The notes beneath the pieces were generated by a model, which had not been told where the DNA came from, did no database searches, and saw only the letters and a program-made list of their open reading frames with translations. DNA of 63,393 bases, counting the filler, from Octopus bimaculoides (taxonomy: Eukaryota), in the NCBI RefSeq assembly GCF_001194135.2. It is 5 parts of 5 records of this genome, joined end to end, with 100 filler letters (N's around TTAATTAATTAA, not from the genome) between each part and the next. Parts side by side here need not be neighbours in the genome. Positions count along the whole stretch, not along the records: positions 29,834 to 41,803 come from NC_069005.1; positions 41,904 to 59,736 come from NC_068984.1; 3 more parts are not named here. The stretch is one strand, 5' to 3'. Positions 37,504 to 48,754 of the stretch are shown here, in pieces. Numbering within the stretch: position 1 is the first letter of the stretch; each line of letters opens with the position of its first letter. The translations under genes and the position numbers were made by a program.

Positions 37504-37817
37504 AGTAATGTTTATCGTCACATCAATATGGCTGTTCCATAGGAACTGACACTACTACCATTTTAAACCCCAGCAGGCCGGTGTTCACCACTGACGATGA
37601 GCACAAATAGCCCAGAACCATACAGTCTGCTAGAAGATGGTAGGGGCTCACTCCCCTGCTTGTAATATATGTGAGGATCAGATTGCATTGGTAACCAGCC
37701 GGAGGAAGCTCCTCCCGGGGTTAAAAACGGTAGTGAAGAGGTAGATCCTGGGGCTAAAAACGGTAGTATTGTTGATTCCTATGGAACAGCCATATTGATC
37801 TGGTGATAGACATTACT
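37504..37817. mobile_element. Second MITE-like element with ~70-bp TIRs
   Basis: agtaatgtttatcgtcacatcaatatggctgttccataggaa...accattttaaaccccag versus cctggggctaaaaacggtag...ttcctatggaacagccatattgatctggtgatagacattact. Confidence 0.85.
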
Positions 37818-38096
37818 TCCTAATATAGTTACTAACTTCATCTCTTATAGAGATTTTCTAATTAGCTACTTTACTAATCAAAGTTGACCTGAGGCTAAAC
37901 AACAAAGGAATAGCTGTGAAGTTGTTTGACCTGCTATAAATAACAGCTAAAATTCCTTCAAAGTATAGTCAACTTTTTAAAATTTACATATTTGACAATG
38001 TAGTGTAATATTTTATAAATTAAAATAAACCTTGAAATAAATTTATGTAGAAGCATAATTATGTAGAAGCTTGATAAATTTATGTAAATTTATATA

Positions 38097-38275
38097 GGCG
38101 CAGGAGTGGCTGTGTGGTAAGTAGCTTGCTTACCAACCACAAGAGACTGATAGAATAAGTACTAGGCTTACAAAGAATAAGTCCTGAGGTCGCTTTTCTC
38201 GACTAAAGGCGGTGCTCCAGCATGGCCGAAGTCAAATGACTGAGACAAGTAAAAGAGTAAAAGAGTAAAGAGTAA
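38097..38275 (+). mobile_element. Internally deleted SINE family A
   Basis: Head ggcgcaggagtggctgtgtggtaagtagcttgcttaccaaccac is joined at 38140/38141 directly to right-arm aagagactgatagaataag, followed by a (GTAAAAGA)n tail. Confidence 0.9.
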
Positions 38276-38923
38276 GCAAATGAAAAAAAAAAAAAATAAA
38301 TAACTGAAAGCAAATTAAAATAAACTTGGTACAAATCATAATAAACTCAGAGCAAATTAAAATAACCTTGAGCAAATTAATAGTAGATATTTAGAAAGTA
38401 CATTGCAGATGTTTATTTTGNNNNNNNNNNNNNNNNNNNNNNNNNNNNNNNNNNNNNNNNNNNNNNNNNNNNNNNNNNNNNNNNNNNNNNNNNNNNNNNN
38501 NNNNNNNNNNNNNNNNNNNNNNNNNNNNNNNNNNNNNNNNNNNNNNNNNNNNNNNNNNNNNNNNNNNNNNNNNNNNNNNNNNNNNNNNNNNNNNNNNNNN
38601 NNNNNNNNNNNNNNNNNNNNNNNNNNNNNNNNNNNNNNNNNNNNNNNNNNNNNNNNNNNNNNNNNNNNNNNNNNNNNNNNNNNNNNNNNNNNNNNNNNNN
38701 NNNNNNNNNNNNNNNNNNNNNNNNNNNNNNNNNNNNNNNNNNNNNNNNNNNNNNNNNNNNNNNNNNNNNNNNNNNNNNNNNNNNNNNNNNNNNNNNNNNN
38801 NNNNNNNNNNNNNNNNNNNNNNNNNNNNNNNNNNNNNNNNNNNNNNNNNNNNNNNNNNNNNNNNNNNNNNNNNNNNNNNNNNNNNNNNNNNNNNNNNNNN
38901 NNNNNNNNNNNNNNNNNNNNNNN

Positions 38924-39183
38924 TGGCTATGTGATAAGAATATTGAATAGTGGCTATGTAATAAGAATATTGAATAGTGGCTATGTGGTAAGAATATTGA
39001 ATAGTGGCTATGTGGTAAGAATATTGAATAGTGGCTATGTGATAAGAATATTGAATAGTGGCTATGTGATAAGAATATTGAATAGTGGCTATGTGATAAG
39101 AATATTGAATAGTGGCTATGTGGTAAGAATATTGAATAGTGGCTATGTGATAAGAATATTGAATAGTGGCTATGTGGTAAGAA
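38924..39183 (+). repeat. 27-bp tandem array (TGGCTATGTRRTAAGAATATTGAATAG)x9 running into a SINE A head
   Basis: Units start every 27 bp from 38924 to 39140. The tenth start (39167) is the SINE head. The array abuts a 503-N gap. Confidence 0.97.
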
Positions 39184-40092
39184 GCTTGCTTCCCAACCAC
39201 TTGGTTATGGGTTCAGTCCTACTATGTGATACCTTGAGCAAGTGTCTTCTACTTTAGCCTCACACTGACCAAAATCTTCTTGTGGGTGAATTTGGTAGAC
39301 AGAAACTGAAACAAACCTGTCGAGTGTATATATATATATGTATAATAATAATAATAATAATAATATAAATAAAATATATATAAAATGAGTAGTAAAATGA
39401 GTGGTACCTGTATTTCAAAGGGCCGGCCTTGTCACGCTATGTGTCACGCTGAGACTCCCTGAGAACTACGTTAGGGGTACATGTGTCTGTGGATTGCTCA
39501 GTCACTTGCACGTTAATTTCATGAGCAAGCTGTTCCGTTGATTGTATCAGCTGGGACCCTCATCGTTGTGACCAACGGAGTACTCCTATCCTATATATAT
39601 ATAAATATATCTCATGATTATGTGACCAACCAGACTATCAGATGTTACACATTGCTGGACTGCTGATCATAATGCACTTTGCATCATTTTAGCCATCGAA
39701 TGACACTACCCTGCTGGCTAGGCGAACAGGCAGGCCAACACTCCTCTTGATCGAGAGGGGATTGGAGCAATGTAAAATGAAGTGTTTTGCTCAAGAACAC
39801 AATGCACTGCCCAATCAAGGAACACCCTAATCACCAGGCCATGTACCTTCACACACACATATATATGTGTGTGTCTTTGTGTCTGTGTTTGTTCCCCCAT
39901 CACCACCTGAGAACTGGTATTGGTGTGTTTACATCCCTGTAGCCTAGCAGTTCAGCAAAAGAGACTGATAGAATAAGTACTAGTACTAGGCTTAAAAAAT
40001 AAATCCTGCAGTTGATTTGTTTGACTAAAACCCTCCAAGGCGGTGCTCCAGCATGGCTGCAGTCAAATGACTGAAACAAGTAAGAGAATAAG
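39167..40092 (+). mobile_element. SINE family A (left arm 39167-39323, right arm ~39865-40092) with two SINE B pieces in its spacer (39394-39592 plus; ~39620-39852 minus)
   Basis: Arm sequences match other A copies, and the inserts match the B body and B head. Confidence 0.8.
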
Positions 40093-40382
40093 CTAAATGA
40101 ATCCCCACAATTAACATTGAAGGGTCTTTGAGAATGTTTAAACTGGACATGGATGAAGTACAGCAAGTGACCTAGATGGAAGTAGGATTTCATTGAAGCA
40201 AGTACCTTTACAGCCAAAGCAGTTGGGTTTTGCAGTACCAAAACAGATGGAACCCATGAATTTATGAAAGGTGTTTTGATACTTGTTCGAGAAGTATTGC
40301 TTCTCAAAATTAAGCCATAGCTCATTGTTTGATAAAGGTATCAGAAATATGGTTTGAAGGCATTATTTAATTAGAAAAAAAG

Positions 40383-40673
40383 TTTTAATTTGTTCTGAGA
40401 TTATTTTAATTTGTTTGGATATATTTTAATTTGCTTTCAATTTATTTTTATTTGCTTCAAGATCATATTAAGTTGCTTCAAGATTATTTTGAATTGCCTC
40501 AAGATTATTTTAATTTACTTTCAACTTATTTTTATTTGTTTCAAGATTATATCAATTTGTTTGAAGATTATTTCAAATTGCCTCAAGATTATTTTAATTT
40601 GCTTCAAGATATCTTAATTTGCTTTCAGTTCATTTTATTTGCTTCAAGGTTATATTAATTTACTTCAAAATTA
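40383..40673. repeat. Diverged ~21-bp minisatellite (consensus GCTTCAAGATTATTTTAATTT); a related short array in the opposite orientation lies at 38296-38380
   Basis: About 14 imperfect units are visible. Confidence 0.9.
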
Positions 40674-40683
40674 CATGAAGAAC

Positions 40684-40869
40684 TGTTGGCAATCCGTCGC
40701 TTACGACGTCGAGGGTTCCAGTTGATCCGATCAACGGAACAGCCTGCTCGTGAAATTAACGTGCAAGTGGCTGAGCACTCCACTGGCTTGCCAGTCCTCA
40801 GTCAAATCATCCAATCCATGCTAGCATGGAAAGCGGACGTTAAACGACGACGATGATGATGATGATGAT
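40684..40869. mobile_element. SINE B 3' part (minus, 40684-40783) abutting an RTE 3' end (plus, 40784-40869)
   Basis: ...gctgagcactccac|tggcttgccagtcctcagtcaaatc...atgctagcatggaaagcggacgttaaacgacgacgatgatgat. Confidence 0.85.
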
Positions 40870-40985
40870 ATATANNNNNNNNNNNNNNNNNNNNNNNNNN
40901 NNNNNNNNNNNNNNNNNNNNNNNNNNNNNNNNNNNNNNNNNNNNNNNNNNNNNNNNNNNNNNNNNNNNNNNNNNNNNNNNNNNNN

Positions 40986-41020
<35 letters not shown>

Positions 41021-41044
41021 TGTGTGTATGTATATCTAGGTGTG

Positions 41045-41210
41045 TGTATCTTTGTGTTTGTCCCCTATATATCAATGCTTGACAACAGGTGTTGGTGTGT
41101 TTACATCCCCGTAACTTAGCAGTTTAGGAAAAGAGACTGATAGAATAAGTACTAGGCTTAAAAACTAAACCTTGGAGTCGACTTGTTCGGCTAAAAAACC
41201 ATCAAGGTGT
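41045..41210 (+). mobile_element. SINE family A right arm
   Basis: gtttgtcccc..cttgacaacagg..aagagactgatagaataagtactaggctt. Confidence 0.85.
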
Positions 41211-41462
41211 AAAAAATTAAAAGAATAAAGACACTAAAATAATAATAAAGCTGAAGTAAAGACCAGACATATAGTGCATGTGTGTGTGTGTGTGTTTAAC
41301 TGACAAAATATGACCATCCCCACGTAAAACAATAAAAATATCATGATTTATTTGAAATTAGCAAAACAACAAAATATTGTTTGTCAATCATTTTGTAGTG
41401 TTTTTTTTTTTTACTTCAGGAAATTGCATGTTCTCAAAATTTCTGCAAACTCTTATACACCA

Positions 41463-41803
41463 TGTTGTTGGCACTCCGTCGCTTACAACATCGAGGGTTC
41501 CAGTTGATCCGATCAACGGAACAGCCTGCTCATGAAATTAACGTGCAAGTCACTGAGCACTCCACAGACACGTGTACCCTTAATGTAGTTCTCGGGGATA
41601 TTCAGCGTGACACAGAGTGTGACAAGGCTGGCTCTTTGAAATACAGGTACAACAGAAACAGGAAGAAAGAGTGAGAGAAAGTTGTGGTGAAAGAGTACAG
41701 CAGGGTTCACCACCATCCCCTGCCGGAGCCTCGTGGAACTTTGGGTGTTTTCGCTCAATAAACACTCACAACGCCCGGTCTGGGAATCGAAACCGCGATC
41801 CAA
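41463..41803 (-). mobile_element. SINE B variant (B2) with an alternative central module
   Basis: B tail and B-type head around the central segment ccacgaggctccggcaggggatggtggtgaaccctgctgtactc. Confidence 0.9.
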
Positions 41804-41903
41804 NNNNNNNNNNNNNNNNNNNNNNNNNNNNNNNNNNNNNNNNNNNNTTAATTAATTAANNNNNNNNNNNNNNNNNNNNNNNNNNNNNNNNNNNNNNNNN
41901 NNN

Positions 41904-42201
41904 AAAACACCTAAAGCTCCACGAGCTCCACGAGGCTCCGGCAGGGGATGGTGGTGAACCCTGCTGTACTCTTTCACCACAACTTTCTCTCACTCTTTCT
42001 TCCTGTTTCTATTGTGCCTGTAATTCAAAGGGTCAGCCTTGTCACACTGTGTCACGCTGAATTTACCCGAGAACTACGTTAAGGGTACACGTGTCAATGG
42101 AGTGATCGGTCGCTTGCACGTTAATTTCACGAGCAGGCTGTTCCGTTGATCGGATCAACTGGAACCCTCGACGTCGTAAGTGACGGAATGCCAACAACAA
42201 C
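41904..42201 (+). mobile_element. SINE B variant (B2), second copy, inverted relative to the first
   Basis: Same central module and tail, ending gacggaatgccaacaacaa. Confidence 0.9.
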
Positions 42202-43147
42202 AGTGATGTAATAGCACTGCGAACACAGTAGAACACGGCATTGGCTTATAAGAACGTTTAATATATTTTGTAGTATATTATGGTTGCTTAACGAAACACG
42301 GTGTCTTTACAGGTTATTGATATTAATAGCGTCCAGGCATCATATATGATACACAATCCCAATTTTTGTCAACCATCATAACTACTTAGGGCTTATGAAA
42401 AGAAAGATGTGTACTACTCAAAACGTATGAATAAAGGGCTGATAAAATGTCTGAAAAATACTCATGAGGGCTTGGGACAAACTTATGAAAATAGTTTGCA
42501 CAAGCAAAGGGTTAAATTTCACCAGCATTCCTTGGTTTCTATTTTAGTGTGTATACTTATCTTCGTTTTAGCCAGGAGCTGTGGTTATGCTGTAGTTATG
42601 CTGTGGCTCCGATTTTAGGCATTAGTTGGCTTGCGGCTATAGCAGAGAACATTTGCTCAACGTCCAGATTAGTGGAAATGAGAGATTGATCCTGAAACCA
42701 CGTGGTATAAAATACAGAGTTCAAGGTCAATCTTTGCTGAGCGGCTTTATTCTGCGTGCTTTAGCTTCGTTACTATGGCAACAGTCCGGATATTTATTGA
42801 TCAGATCTCGTATGCACATAATACACACACAACACACACACACTCACACACACGCACGCACACACATGCACGCACACTCGCGCGCACGTACACACATGTG
42901 TATGTATTTAAGAATATGTATGTATTAAAATACGTTTATGTGGTGGATTACCAGAACATTTGTGCGTAGCATGTAACCTTTTTGGTTGCCTCCATTTTCG
43001 CTAAGTGGACTTTGCCTTCCGTCGCCCTTCGTGGCGATAAAATAATAGAAAAACTCTTGAAAATAATGTCCCAGTTTGATTGGAGCCCAATACTTGCATC
43101 GAAACCAACAATCAGATTTTTAAAAAATTAAATAACAAGATTAGAAA

Positions 43148-43430
43148 TCTGCGGCAGCGGTACCGACCGCGTCGCTCACGCGGCTCGTATCGTGGCCGAG
43201 ACGTCGGCCTCTCGATCGCACCGGCGGAACTCCGCCGCTTCTTTCTCTTTGCTCCTAATCGCTCTCGATCTTAATCGCCGGCTTCCTTCTCGACCTGCTG
43301 CTGCTGTTTCTTCTCGTCTGCGCGTCTCGATCATCTCCTGGCGTGCGTAACACACGGATACACACACTTGTGGCTCGTATCGCGGCCGAGACGTCGGCCT
43401 TTCGATCACACCGGCGGTTCGCCATTGAAT
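43148..43430. other. CpG/GC-rich segment with a 46-bp direct repeat (43182-43227 and 43372-43417)
   Basis: ggctcgtatcg(t/c)ggccgagacgtcggcct(c/t)tcgatc(g/a)caccggcgg occurs twice, with 3 mismatches. Confidence 0.9.
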
Positions 43431-43455
43431 TCAAGTATTCTTTTTCTTTACTGGT

Positions 43456-43832
43456 AGGCACAGGCGTAGGTGTGTGGTAAGTTGTTCAGTTCTAATGAGT
43501 GGCACCTTAGGCAAGTATCTTCTACTGTAGCCTCGGATCGACCAAAGTCTTGTGAGTGGATTTCGTAGATTAGTAACTGGAAAGTCTGTCTTATAATATA
43601 GATGTGTGTGTGTGTGCGTGTGCATATGTGTGTGTGTGTGTGTGTGTATTTTTGTGTCCCCGTTTAACCACCACCTCCGCTTCACAACCGGATTACATTA
43701 GCGGTTCGGAAATTGAGACCGATAAAAATAAGTACCAGGCTTAATAAGAATAAGTATTGGGGTAGATTCCTTCGAATAAAATTCTTGAAAACGGTGCCCC
43801 AGTATGGCCGCAATCCAATGACTGAAACAATT
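43456..43832 (+). mobile_element. SINE family A, diverged
   Basis: Head, ccttaggcaagtatcttctactgtagcctcgg, TG spacer and right arm. Confidence 0.85.
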
Positions 43833-44975
43833 AAAAAAAAGGTTGTATAACAGCAATAACAATGAGATATTAATGGCTTAATATCTTCCAGTTCCTGACT
43901 AGATGATGTAAGGTTATTTAGCTCAGTTGCAAATCTTATTGTGAAAGTCCCTTTCTGCTTATAACGACTCGTCTTTAAAACACACACGTAAAAGAAGTTC
44001 TATTTGAAAACCAACCATATCAACGTCACTAAATTATTATTATCATCTCCAATCGCTGTCTAAGAGGCTCTTAAATACTTATTGGCTCTGTTCCTCTTTT
44101 CTGGTCTACCTGATAAGTATGCGTGCTCGTAGTTGTTTGTGTGCATGTGTGAGCGTATGTGTGTGTGTATGCTTGTATGAGAAAGTTGGTGCTTGTCTTC
44201 AATCTATCGACTAATTGATTATACACTTCTCCTTTAAAAACACTGGAGTTTAGTGCCCAATCAAAGGAAGACAGTATTTATTTAAATGTCTGGTTTGCAA
44301 CATAATAACGAGTAGATATCTATGCTGTTTTTGTTTTCTTTTGTGTATAAGTGTATTTTTAATTAGACATTTTTTATTTTTCAAACCGGTCTCCAGCTTA
44401 TCAACCAAGTGGCTGCATTTAAAATTAGACATCACAGCGAACCGGCGAATTTTAGAAAAAAAAGAAAGTTTTGCATAGTGTTTTTTAGAGTCCCAATTAC
44501 AAAATAAAATTGCAGGTGTCACATGAATAATTCTTATATTTGTTTTTCCTTTGATTAAGGACATTTGCTTTTCAGTGTTATCGCGATGTTACTGTTTATT
44601 TAGCATTTGATGGCGTAATCATCTATTGTGATAATTACATCTGCATAACTAAGAATGTCTGAGATTCACAATACACGTGTTGTGAAAGAACTTCATATGA
44701 ACGTAGTAACATCTTTCCAAAGTGTGAAGAATAAAAGACTCGAACATCGAAAAGCATTAATGCCGTTGTAATGGAAATCTTCGAAAGTGGTATTTACGTT
44801 TCTCGGTCTTTTACTCCAACTGGATTCTGCTTCTGTTTATATTTTTATATATATTCTTTAATATGTTTCTTCCAAGAGAGATCTATAATAAGTGATCTTT
44901 AATGAAGCAAGCAAGCCACCTTAATTGTCTTAATTGTCTTAATTCTAAAGAGAATACAGCGTATTCCCAAACGTT

Positions 44976-45314
44976 GAGACCCCGCCCTTCGGTCATGACT
45001 GACCATGGGATTGCACCTAGAAAGTTACCCTCCCAGACACAAGTCCGGGCAAGGTTGTTTATGGAAGACCAGCAGTCGCCCATGCATACCTGTCTCCCCT
45101 CTCCATGCCACCAGTGTTATCCAAGGGAAAGGCAAAGGCCGATACAGCTTGGCACATGTGACGTCGCAACTCACTTCTACAGCTGAGTGAACTGGAGCAA
45201 CGTGGAAAAAAGTGTCTTGCTCAAGAATACAACATGCAGCCCGGTCCGGGATTCGAACTCACAACCTCACGATCGTAAGCTCGACGCTCTAACCACTGAG
45301 CTATGCAACTTCAC
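44976..45314 (-). mobile_element. SINE B variant (B3): B head plus a different body and tail
   Basis: Minus-strand A-box tagctcagtgg and B-box gagttcgaatccc, then ttgagcaagacac and a distinct tail gcgactgctggtcttccataaacaaccttgccc...gaccgaagggc. Confidence 0.9.
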
Positions 45315-45356
45315 GACGTAGGTATTGTATAACACTTCAACAACATTCGTTTATAT

Positions 45357-45778
45357 AGGTGCAAGCGTGGCTGGGTAGTAAGAAGATTGCTTCCCAACCA
45401 CATGTTTCTGCGTTCAGTCCCAAAGCGTAGCACCTTGGGCAAGTGTCTTCTACTATAGCCTCGAGTCAACCAAAGCCTTGTAAGTGGATTTGGTAGACGG
45501 AAACTGAAAGAAAACCGTCGTATATATGTTTATATGTATATACATCTATGTGTATGTATCTTTATGTCCATGTTTGTCCCTCCACTACCGCTTGACAAGC
45601 GGTGCTGGTGTGTTTACCTCTCCGTAACTTAGCGGTTCAGCAAAAGAAACCAATGGAATAATTACCAGGCTAATAAAAAATAATTACTGGGGTCGATACA
45701 TTTAACTAAAAATTCTTCAAAGCACTACCCCAGCGTGGTTACAGTCAAATGACCAAAACAAGTAAAAGACAAAAGATA
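45357..45778 (+). mobile_element. SINE family A, full length
   Basis: Complete head, left arm, spacer, right arm and gtaaaaga tail. Confidence 0.92.
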
Positions 45779-47291
45779 GAAGGTATAAGTTCCATGTTGT
45801 TCACTCATAGAACAGCTAGTTCAACTGAGGAGATTCTTCGACCGGTATTCAAAGAACAAAATATTTTTAAAGATTAGATTTTGCAGCATTGTGATTCGGA
45901 ATTCAAAAAACGTGTTTCGGTTCTGACCAACACAGAAAGCTATTTTGCCGGTATATTTAACAGATTCGATGTTGGGAAGATGGTGCTCACGATTTCAGAT
46001 CAGACGAGCCAGTGGAATAAGACAGAGGACGAGTCTATAAGAGTAGAATTAAGTTGTTATATTGGCCTGCAGAACCAAGAGAAGCCGAGTAACTACTGCA
46101 TACCTCGCAATATTAAAAACACTCATAGCCTCGCTCTAATTTCGTGGGAACCTTGCTATTATGAAGACTGATAAACAATTGCTATTATTGGAGCAAATTT
46201 TGTTTGCTCAATTTAAATTCTCTTTGTGTGTCTATACCCTCTGTGTATGTATGTGTGTATGAGTATGTATGTGAGAGTGTGTGTGCATGTGTGTGTGTGT
46301 ATGTGTAAGGAGTAATCTTATTTCCTCTTACCACAGTTTCCTCAGAAGATCTGCCCAAAAGAAGTACGTTGTATGTTTTAATAGATAATACCACCGTAAA
46401 TGGTAGCAACTCTGTAGAATTGGTGAATTCTTGTTCAAATTATCTCTGATTGAATTTCGTTTTTATATTAATAAAACGCTAGTCATGCCCAACCCTGTGG
46501 TTTCTTTTATTTAAGTCAGGGATATCTTTAGCAGGTCAGCTTCAACCGGCCTGCTAGAAATAGCAAAGACATCTTGATGAAACATAACTAAATTTTTAAA
46601 AAATAGAACACACTGGACGAAGTTGTCCTTAATATGAAAAAATACAAATGCTCTTGGTTGGAATTCTGATCAGAAATAACCATGAATATCAATACACCAA
46701 TTCAACAATGTTGCCTCTAGATATTTACCGAAGTGGACTATAAAAACGTAGAACATATGACAAACGCCATGAGAAGTTCCATTTCAAGGACAACGATAGA
46801 AAAAAACTATAAAAACTTACAATCCATAAAAGAACAACAATTAAATAAAAGCAATACATTGAAACAAAATAAAAAAAAACATCTAATAGAAAATGTATAA
46901 ATAAATGTTTTTATATTTTATTTGGTATTAATTTCATTGTGTTTTGTAAGTAATAATCATTAAATGTCAAAAAATAATAAAATAAACCGTAACACCGACG
47001 CTTAAAACAATGACAACAACAACAACAACAACAACAACAGCAGCAGCAGCAGTAGTAACATCAACAACAATAACAACGATTATAACATCAACAATGAAAA
47101 TTTTTGTTATTGCTTGCTTGCTTTCCTTAAAATTTATTGCTGACAAATTGTTGCAATTGGTAGAGCAAATCCTGTTAGCGCAATTTAACATGTGTGTGTG
47201 TGTGTGATTGTCTGTATGTGTACGTGTGTCTGTCTCTATGTGCTTGTTTGTGGCTGTGAGGACGTCTGAGTGTTTCTGTATGTGCTTAATA

Positions 47292-47328
<37 letters not shown>

Positions 47329-47861
47329 NNNNNNNNNNNNNNNNNNNNNNNNNNNNNNNNNNNNNNNNNNNNNNNNNNNNNNNNNNNNNNNNNNNNNNNN
47401 NNNNNNNNNNNNNNNNNNNNNNNNNNNNNNNNNNNNNNNNNNNNNNNNNNNNNNNNNNNNNNNNNNNNNNNNNNNNNNNNNNNNNNNNNNNNNNNNNNNN
47501 NNNNNNNNNNNNNNNNNNNNNNNNNNNNNNNNNNNNTATATATATATGGACAACTATATACATACATATACATAAATAGATATATGTACATAAATATACA
47601 TGCATACATATATATGAATGTATATACGTATGAATGCATATATGAATACACACACATACACACATACACATATATACATTAATTCTTGTTTAATATCTAA
47701 ATGGCATTTTCTTCTTCTTTATATCATTATTATTTTCAGTTTTTTTTTCCTTTTATTTTTTTCCTCGGCTGATGAAGAATGTCTTTCTGGAACAGGTCTA
47801 TGAAGCATCTAACGTTACACCTAATTAACTTACGTATATAAATGCTCCATCATCATCATCA

Positions 47862-47940
<79 letters not shown>

Positions 47941-48235
47941 CATTTTCGGTGTGCTTTGATAGTTTTATTTTATTGGTTTATTTTGATACATGTTTTTTTT
48001 CTAAATAGTTGTTAATTTTTGTTTCATTTTATTCAAATTTCTTTCTTTTGTTTTTTTTATTAATATTTTTTCATTTCCTCCTAATGTTTTTATATATTTA
48101 TTAAATTTCTGATATGTCCATAACAATCACATTTTAATATTTTTAAAACAGCTTTTCAATATATTTTGTTTTTTAATATGACTGTCATTCTCTCGTACCC
48201 CCTCTCTCTCTCTTCTCTCTCTCATCTCTCTCTCT

Positions 48236-48268
<33 letters not shown>

Positions 48269-48707
48269 CTCCTCCTCCTCCTCCTCCTCCTTGTTGAAAT
48301 TTTGATTTCATGCTTTATGTTACTGTTGTTGTCATGAAGTCTCTATGTTAGTGGTGACATGAAATTCTGTTCGGTGAATCGCTTTTACGTACAAAGTCTC
48401 TCTCCTCCGCTTTTCACACGGACATACGCAGACATTCAGACACACCCACAAAGTCACATACACACAGCTTTTTTATCCTCCTCCCTCTGTGCTTTTGTAT
48501 TTATATTCCTTTTGGTCGATACGGTCTCTTACTACTCTGAGTTTCGCTTGTAGTTGCACAAGTTCTTCAGGCAACTTATGACTTATAACCTACCAGTGAA
48601 ACTCAGAGTAGCAAGGAGCTGACTTGATTAAAATGAAAATATTATTAATCTCTACAATGATATCGAGAACTCTTTTTCTCCATAGTCAACTCTAAATGGA
48701 AATGTAT

Positions 48708-48754
<47 letters not shown>

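Noticed and set aside
38924-39183. CRISPR-like array or a GYVIRILNS repeat protein
   Set aside because: There are no unique spacers, the context is eukaryotic, and the unit derives from a SINE head. The open frame follows from the 27-bp period.
40411-40658. Heptad (coiled-coil-like) ORFs
   Set aside because: They are a by-product of a 21-bp minisatellite, with no start context or splice support.
45230-45314. tRNA gene (also considered for other A/B-box heads)
   Set aside because: It has A and B boxes but no complete cloverleaf or acceptor stem, and it runs straight into SINE body.
45881-46171. 96-aa ORF after a ttttgcag acceptor-like site
   Set aside because: No recognisable domain and no convincing donor, so it cannot be supported without transcript data.
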